From positions 5,540-69,539 of the forward strand of contig CAWDJT010000041.1 in the NCBI GenBank assembly GCA_963802715.1: a DNA stretch of 64,000 nt. Reading direction: 5' to 3'. A program made the translations under genes and the position numbers. Shown piece after piece: positions 57,610 to 64,000 of the stretch. The notes below the pieces were generated by a model. The model did not search any database. It was not told the origin of the DNA and worked only from the letters and a program-made list of their open reading frames with translations. This DNA is from an uncultured delta proteobacterium (GTDB lineage: Bacteria; Desulfobacterota; Syntrophobacteria; Syntrophobacterales; Syntrophobacteraceae). The first letter of the stretch is position 1. The number at the start of each line of letters is the position of its first letter.

Positions 57610-58119
57610 CTGGCAAAGCAGGAAAACATCAATGACAAGATCCGGGCGCCGCAAGTGCGGGTGATTGGAGCAGATGGAAGCCAGTTGGGGATACTTCCCA
57701 TCGAAAGGGCGTTGGAGCTGGCGGCCGAAGCCCATTCTGATCTGGTTGAGGTGGCTCCCAATGCGGATCCGCCTGTCTGCAAGATCATGGATTATGGGAA
57801 GTATAAGTACCAGCAGAACAAACGTTCCCAGGAGGCCAAGAAGAAGGCGTCGGTGATTCAGGTCAAGGAGGTTAAGATCCGGCCCAAAACCGACGACCAC
57901 GACCTGGAATTCAAAATACGCCACATCCGGCGTTTCCTTGGCCAAAAGGACAAAGCCAAGGTGACCATGTTGTTCCGCGGCCGCGAAATTGTCTATGTTG
58001 ATCTCGGGATGAAGATTTTGGATCGGGTGCTCGAGGAACTCCAGGATGAGGCCGTGGTGGAACAAAAGCCCAGGATGGAAGGTCGCAATCTGGTCATGGT
58101 GCTGGCGCCGAAGTCCTGA
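57610..58119 (+). CDS. infC: Translation initiation factor IF-3 (non-AUG start, exact start uncertain)
   Basis: The frame reads ...LAKQENINDKIRAPQVRVIGADGSQLGILPIERALELA.... There is no in-frame ATG or TTG between the AAGGAGG RBS (57595-57601) and the conserved N-terminus (the first in-frame GTG, at 57655, already lies inside it). CTG at 57610 is the best-spaced candidate, and the ORF-track start at 57655 (GTG) truncates the conserved N-terminus. Confidence 0.85.
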   Translation: MAKQENINDKIRAPQVRVIGADGSQLGILPIERALELAAEAHSDLVEVAPNADPPVCKIMDYGKYKYQQNKRSQEAKKKASVIQVKEVKIRPKTDDHDLEFKIRHIRRFLGQKDKAKVTMLFRGREIVYVDLGMKILDRVLEELQDEAVVEQKPRMEGRNLVMVLAPKS

Positions 58120-58285
58120 ATTTGCTGTCGGCAGTTGTTTGTCTCCCTGAGAAGCGGGCTTGTTCAGCAAAAATGCTTGACAGGCACAAGCAAGCCCAAT
58201 ACATTACGTGCCTCGATTGTGCCTAGCACAAGGAATATTACCTCGCAGTGGATATCGCTGCACACAAGTCAGGACGGAGGAATTC

Positions 58286-58483
58286 ATGCCCAAGATCAAG
58301 ACCAATCGAGGTGCGGCCAAACGCTTCAAGGCCACCGGCAGCGGCAAACTGGTGCGTGCTCGGGCCTATAAGAGTCATATTCTGACCAAAAAGGGTCCTA
58401 AGAGAAAACGGCGGTTGCGCCAGGGAACCAATGTGGACAGTGCCAATGTGAAGCTGCTCAAACGTATGCTCCCTTACCTCTGA
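58286..58483 (+). CDS. rpmI: 50S ribosomal protein L35
   Basis: [21 protein letters not shown]..., 65 aa. The ATG at 58286 follows GGAGG. Confidence 0.92.
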   Translation: MPKIKTNRGAAKRFKATGSGKLVRARAYKSHILTKKGPKRKRRLRQGTNVDSANVKLLKRMLPYL

Positions 58484-58649
58484 TAACCATTGGAACAGTG
58501 GGATCCGGATCATTCCAATTCAACCAATCCCCAATGAATACCGGCATCCTGGATATTCATGGTGGATCTTGTATTTACGTGCTGGCGCAAACAATCAAGC
58601 TATCATGTCAGCTAGTACCGGCCAATAAAGGATTGAGGAGCAGAAATCC

Positions 58650-60024
<1,375 letters not shown>

Positions 60025-60346
60025 TTTGGGTCCGAGTTCTGGTAGCAATCGGCAGATCTCCCGTACCATGACGACTGGGATACAGGCGGCCCCGGGCAAT
60101 CCCTCCACGCCCAAGAGTACCACCCCCGCAAAACTCCGGATGGCCTGCCCGCAACTGTTCTCGACTCCTTTTTGGGCTTGTGAAGCCTCCGCATACCAGG
60201 TAAACTAACGACATCCATCCTAAAAATCATTGAAACAATGAAGAGACTTGTTCTGGTTTGGTTGATGTGCTGACCAAAAAGTGGTGTAAGAGGGGAGATC
60301 ATCCAGCCCATAATGGTGGCAAAAGTAGAGATACGAGGAAGTAAAC

Positions 60347-62749
60347 ATGCTTGTTAGTGCCAAATGGCTTCGGGAATACGTGGACTTTCCAATGACGGTG
60401 ACGGAGTTGGGTGAGCGGTTGACTATGGTGGGGCTGGAGCTTGAGGGGATTGAAGAACGGCCCAGGGCCCTCAAGCAGGTGGTAACGGCACGGGTAGAAT
60501 CGGTCAGTAAGCATCCCCAGGCAGATCGGCTGCAATTATGCGAAATGTCCACAGGGACCCAAACCTATCGAGTGGTGTGTGGCGCTCCCAATGTGGTTGC
60601 ATCGGCCGTGGTTCCTTTGGCTTTGGCGGGAGCCAAGCTGCCCAGTGGAATCAGCATACAAGAGACCAGTGTTCGAGGGCAATACTCCCAGGGCATGCTG
60701 TGCTCGCAGCGGGAACTGGGGCTGGGTGACGATGCCGGTGGGATCTGGTTGCTACCGCCCGGCACCCGGGTCGGAGTACTACTGGCAGAAGCTCTGGGCA
60801 TAAACGATACGGTTCTGGATGTCGCCGTTACACCCAATCGCCCTGATTGTCTCTCGGTTGTCGGTATTGCTCGCGAGGTTGCCGCCATTTGCGGCAAGCA
60901 ACTCCAGTATCCGGTGAGCACATGCAACGAGACCGGCCCCCCGGTGGAGACCTTGGGGGCCGTGGCCATTGATGATCCGGTTGGCTGCCCCCGATACGCG
61001 GCACGGATTGTTGATGGGGTCCGCATTGGACCTTCTCCGGAATGGCTGAGAAATCGTCTGGAGAGTGCCGGCATCCGGTCCATCAACAACATGGTTGATG
61101 TCACCAATTTTGTCCTTTTGGAGCTGGGGCAGCCGCTCCACGCTTTTGATTTCGACCGGCTGGCCGAGCATCGTATCGTGGTGCGCCGGGCTCAACTCGG
61201 GGAGCGTTTCACCACCCTGGATGGGAGCGAGCGCAGCCTTCATGAGGACACGCTGCTTATCTGTGATGGCCGGCGGCCAGTGGCGATTGCAGGTGTGATG
61301 GGCGGGTTGAACTCTGAAATCACTGCTGAAACAACCCGGGTGCTCATCGAAAGCGCCTTCTTTCAGCCCCAGGGGATTCGTCGCACCAGCAAGAAGCTGG
61401 GCCTTCGTACCGAATCCAGCTACCGATTTGAACGTGGGGTTGATCCGGAAGGGGTGATCCGAGCGGTGGATCGCGCAGCTCAACTTATGCTGGAAGTGGG
61501 GGGAGGGCGCCTGGCGGCGGGTCGCATCGACGTCTATCCAGGACCTATCTCACAACCCAATCTGACATTGCCGGTGGACCGCACCAACCGCTTCCTGGGA
61601 ACCCAGCTCACGGCGGCGCAGATGGCGAAAACCCTTGCCAGCATTGAGATGGAGGTGGAGTTTCTGGATGACAATCGACTGCGGGTGGTGCCGCCGTCTT
61701 TTCGACAGGATGTCAGCCGCGAGGTGGATCTCATGGAAGAAATCGCCCGGCTCGCGGGTTATAACACCATTCCCAGCACGTGCCCCGAGGCGAGCGTTTT
61801 TTCAAACGTTCCCGACGATCATTTGATCGTTCGTGAGACCGTCCGAGATGCTCTGGCGGGCTTCGGATTTGTTGAAACCATCACCTACTCGTTTGTCTCT
61901 CAGGCTTCGCTGGAACAATTGCGCCTATCCAAAGATGACCACCGGATTCGGACCTTGAAGTTGCAGAACCCGCTTAGCGAAGATCAGACGGTGATGCGGA
62001 CCAGTCTGATTCCTGGGTTGCTCGCCACCGCACGACGCAACATCGACCATCGCAACCTTGACCTGCGCATCTATGAATTGAGCAAGGTGTTTCTTACGAC
62101 TATGAATGAACTGCCGGAAGAGCGCTATCACTTGGCTGGGCTTATGACCGGTCTGCGTCGGCCACAGTTGCTCTACGGTGCGGAGGACAAGATCGAATAC
62201 CCCGATGTCAAAGGAGTGGTGGAGGGTCTGCTGGGGATATTTCATATTCATGGTTGCCGGTTTCGACAAGAGGCCCTGGAGCCCTATCTCGACCCATGGG
62301 CATCGACTGCGGTGTTTCACGGCGACCAACGTCTCGGAACCCTGGGGCGCTTGCACGCTGAGGTAGAGCGGGGATGGGACCTCAAGGCACCGGTATTTCT
62401 GCTTGAATTGGATTTCGAACGGTTGTTTGGCTTGCGCGGGGCTCGTCCGCTATACGAGGCCTTGCCCAAGTTCCCGTCGGTTACCAGAGACATGGCCCTA
62501 GTGGTTGATGACACACTTGCTGTTCAGCTGCCCATGGATTTCATCTCCGACCAGCGCCTGCCTCTGTTGGAGATGGTTGAAATTTTTGATTTGTATCGAA
62601 ATCTTCAGCTGGGAAAAGGGAAGAAGAGTGTCGGTTATCGGTTGGTATATCGTGCGCCCGACCGCAGTCTGACCGATGAAGAGGTGAATGTGATCCATGC
62701 GGACTTGGTGCGGAGGGTGCTTAAGACATTTCGGGCGGTATTGCGCTAG
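60347..62749 (+). CDS. pheT: Phenylalanine--tRNA ligase beta subunit
   Basis: Intact 800-aa ORF. MLVSAKWLREYVDF..., tRNA-binding domain (HPQADRL.LC), B3/4, B5 and FDX-ACB C-terminal domains. Confidence 0.92.
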   Translation: MLVSAKWLREYVDFPMTVTELGERLTMVGLELEGIEERPRALKQVVTARVESVSKHPQADRLQLCEMSTGTQTYRVVCGAPNVVASAVVPLALAGAKLPSGISIQETSVRGQYSQGMLCSQRELGLGDDAGGIWLLPPGTRVGVLLAEALGINDTVLDVAVTPNRPDCLSVVGIAREVAAICGKQLQYPVSTCNETGPPVETLGAVAIDDPVGCPRYAARIVDGVRIGPSPEWLRNRLESAGIRSINNMVDVTNFVLLELGQPLHAFDFDRLAEHRIVVRRAQLGERFTTLDGSERSLHEDTLLICDGRRPVAIAGVMGGLNSEITAETTRVLIESAFFQPQGIRRTSKKLGLRTESSYRFERGVDPEGVIRAVDRAAQLMLEVGGGRLAAGRIDVYPGPISQPNLTLPVDRTNRFLGTQLTAAQMAKTLASIEMEVEFLDDNRLRVVPPSFRQDVSREVDLMEEIARLAGYNTIPSTCPEASVFSNVPDDHLIVRETVRDALAGFGFVETITYSFVSQASLEQLRLSKDDHRIRTLKLQNPLSEDQTVMRTSLIPGLLATARRNIDHRNLDLRIYELSKVFLTTMNELPEERYHLAGLMTGLRRPQLLYGAEDKIEYPDVKGVVEGLLGIFHIHGCRFRQEALEPYLDPWASTAVFHGDQRLGTLGRLHAEVERGWDLKAPVFLLELDFERLFGLRGARPLYEALPKFPSVTRDMALVVDDTLAVQLPMDFISDQRLPLLEMVEIFDLYRNLQLGKGKKSVGYRLVYRAPDRSLTDEEVNVIHADLVRRVLKTFRAVLR

Positions 62750-62832
62750 GTTCCGCATCGGGCAAGGCATGGTTCGTCACCGGCGGCAAGAACCATCGAG
62801 GGTTTTTAGGGTTGCCGCGCGGTGGGATGTGA

Positions 62833-63222
62833 ATGGACAAGGGCGGCGTGACGGAAGAATTTGGCAAAGAAAAGCAGATTCCCGACAAGCTCTACTACCG
62901 CATCGGAGAGGTGAGCCGGATTGTTGGAGTGGAGCCGCATGTGCTCCGTTATTGGGAGTCGGAATTCCCATTTCTAAAGCCGTCCCGAGTGGTCTCCAAG
63001 CAACGACTTTACAAACGCAAGGACGTAGAGATGTTGCTTCGTATCAGGCAACTTCTCCATGAGGAAAAATACACCATTGCTGGAGCCAAGAAGCATCTCC
63101 GTCAGGAGCGGACTGCTTTGTCTGTGGGCAGCAGACGAGCTGTGATCGAGGATGCGTTCTTGGCGGAAATCCATCAAGAGCTTTGTGAAATCCTGAAAGG
63201 TCTCCAGCGAGATCCAAACTAG
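62833..63222 (+). CDS. MerR-family transcriptional regulator
   Basis: [55 protein letters not shown] is a MerR HTH. It occupies the common position downstream of pheT. Confidence 0.8.
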   Translation: MDKGGVTEEFGKEKQIPDKLYYRIGEVSRIVGVEPHVLRYWESEFPFLKPSRVVSKQRLYKRKDVEMLLRIRQLLHEEKYTIAGAKKHLRQERTALSVGSRRAVIEDAFLAEIHQELCEILKGLQRDPN

Positions 63223-63556
63223 CTCGATAGTCATGGGATTGACCGGTGACATCCGGGGGGTTATTGGTTATCATGGTTCGGTGAGTTGTTTTGGCCCTTC
63301 TATTAGCTGTCGGAACAATTGGTTGTGAACGGATTGTAAGCAAATTGGCTCCATTTGGAAGTGCGAGTGAGGCTACAGGTTCTCTGAATCAGCGGTATGG
63401 TGGTTAGTCCAGGTAGCGTTTCTTTGGTCCCCTAGGGTGATTGTTCCATGCGAGTTCATGGGAGGATTCACCGACCGATCCAAAGGGTAGTCCCTGTATG
63501 GTGGCTCAGCGGGTCGGGCAAGGGGGAAGAGACCTACGCCAGAGAGGAAGCGAGCA

Positions 63557-63946
63557 ATGGCAACGGATGTGAAGAAAGCAGGTGGATCCGCAGGATCCCA
63601 AACCGAGAGCCTTCGTCCGTGCCATGTAGGGTTTGTCCACGAGGGCAAGACCTATGAAGGTTATACTTTCGATTTCAGCGAAACCGGGATGTTGGTTCTA
63701 TGCCAGGACCCGCCACCATTGCATACCAAACTTAGTTTGAGTCTGGAGTTTCCCAACTCTCACGCGGTGCTTGAAGTCCAGTGTGAAGTGGTCTGGAGCA
63801 ATCGACACGGTCCCAACGACCGTATCTCTCCTCGAGGTATGGGGGTTCGTTTCACCAACCCCGACCCGCTCATCATGCGCGTTATAGGCCAGTTGTCCAC
63901 TCAGTACGCCGAACATGGCCACCGCTATATGTGCTACTATTCTTGA
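63557..63946 (+). CDS. PilZ-domain protein
   Basis: 129 aa. ...GYTFDFSETGMLVL...LEVQCEVVWSN...RGMGVRF is the PilZ beta-barrel pattern. The N-terminal RxxxR motif is not obvious. Confidence 0.6.
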   Translation: MATDVKKAGGSAGSQTESLRPCHVGFVHEGKTYEGYTFDFSETGMLVLCQDPPPLHTKLSLSLEFPNSHAVLEVQCEVVWSNRHGPNDRISPRGMGVRFTNPDPLIMRVIGQLSTQYAEHGHRYMCYYS

Positions 63947-64000
63947 ACCCACGGCGCCGGTAGCATCCCTGCGTCACTGGTGCTGCACCCCTTCGGTCAC

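Overview
64-kb chromosomal window from a moderately GC-rich Gram-negative genome. The gene content and intergenic palindromic repeats look like Desulfobacterota or another deltaproteobacterium, but this placement is tentative.

Left to right:
- (1) An NRAMP-fold transporter with Mg2+-transporter (NRMT)-like site substitutions, preceded by a soluble PRC/MgtE_N/CBS protein.
- (2) A complete Pho regulon core, split into phoB-phoR-pstB-phoU (+) converging on pstS-pstC-pstA (-). Pho-box direct repeats sit upstream of both phoB and pstS.
- (3) tRNA-Met, a zinc-ribbon protein, queD and a DUF2333-like protein.
- (4) A P-type cation ATPase with two TrkA/RCK genes.
- (5) A YkgJ-type Cys-cluster protein and a flavoprotein.
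- (6) An STT3/PglB-like oligosaccharyltransferase (WWDHG motif) plus a GT32 glycosyltransferase.
- (7) Converging on these, a type IV pilus cluster on the minus strand: pilin, Ig-like lipoprotein, fimT, pilV, pilW, pilX and a giant pilY1. A divergent orphan PilP-like gene lies beyond it.
- (8) lspA and ileS.
- (9) A decayed integrative-element remnant downstream of tRNA-Gln and tRNA-Glu.
- (10) Housekeeping genes: an RSH (p)ppGpp enzyme, HtrA, an HNH nuclease, a rubrerythrin-like protein, adenine deaminase, a DUF151 nuclease, miaB, a cNMP-binding protein, pgsA, tRNA-Val, thrS-infC-rpmI-rplT-pheS-pheT, a MerR regulator and a PilZ protein.

Two global properties matter:
- Many genes are frame-disrupted, including the essential ileS. 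The disruptions are concentrated at 20.5-39.7 kb. Every break I inspected sits in or beside a short homopolymer run, which points to consensus indel errors rather than true pseudogenes.
- At least five families of short palindromic (REP/MITE-like) intergenic repeats are scattered through the window, several of them inside the pilus operon spacers.

No CRISPR array, rRNA gene, intact transposase or recognisable defence system was found. All family assignments rest on motif recognition by eye, with no database search.
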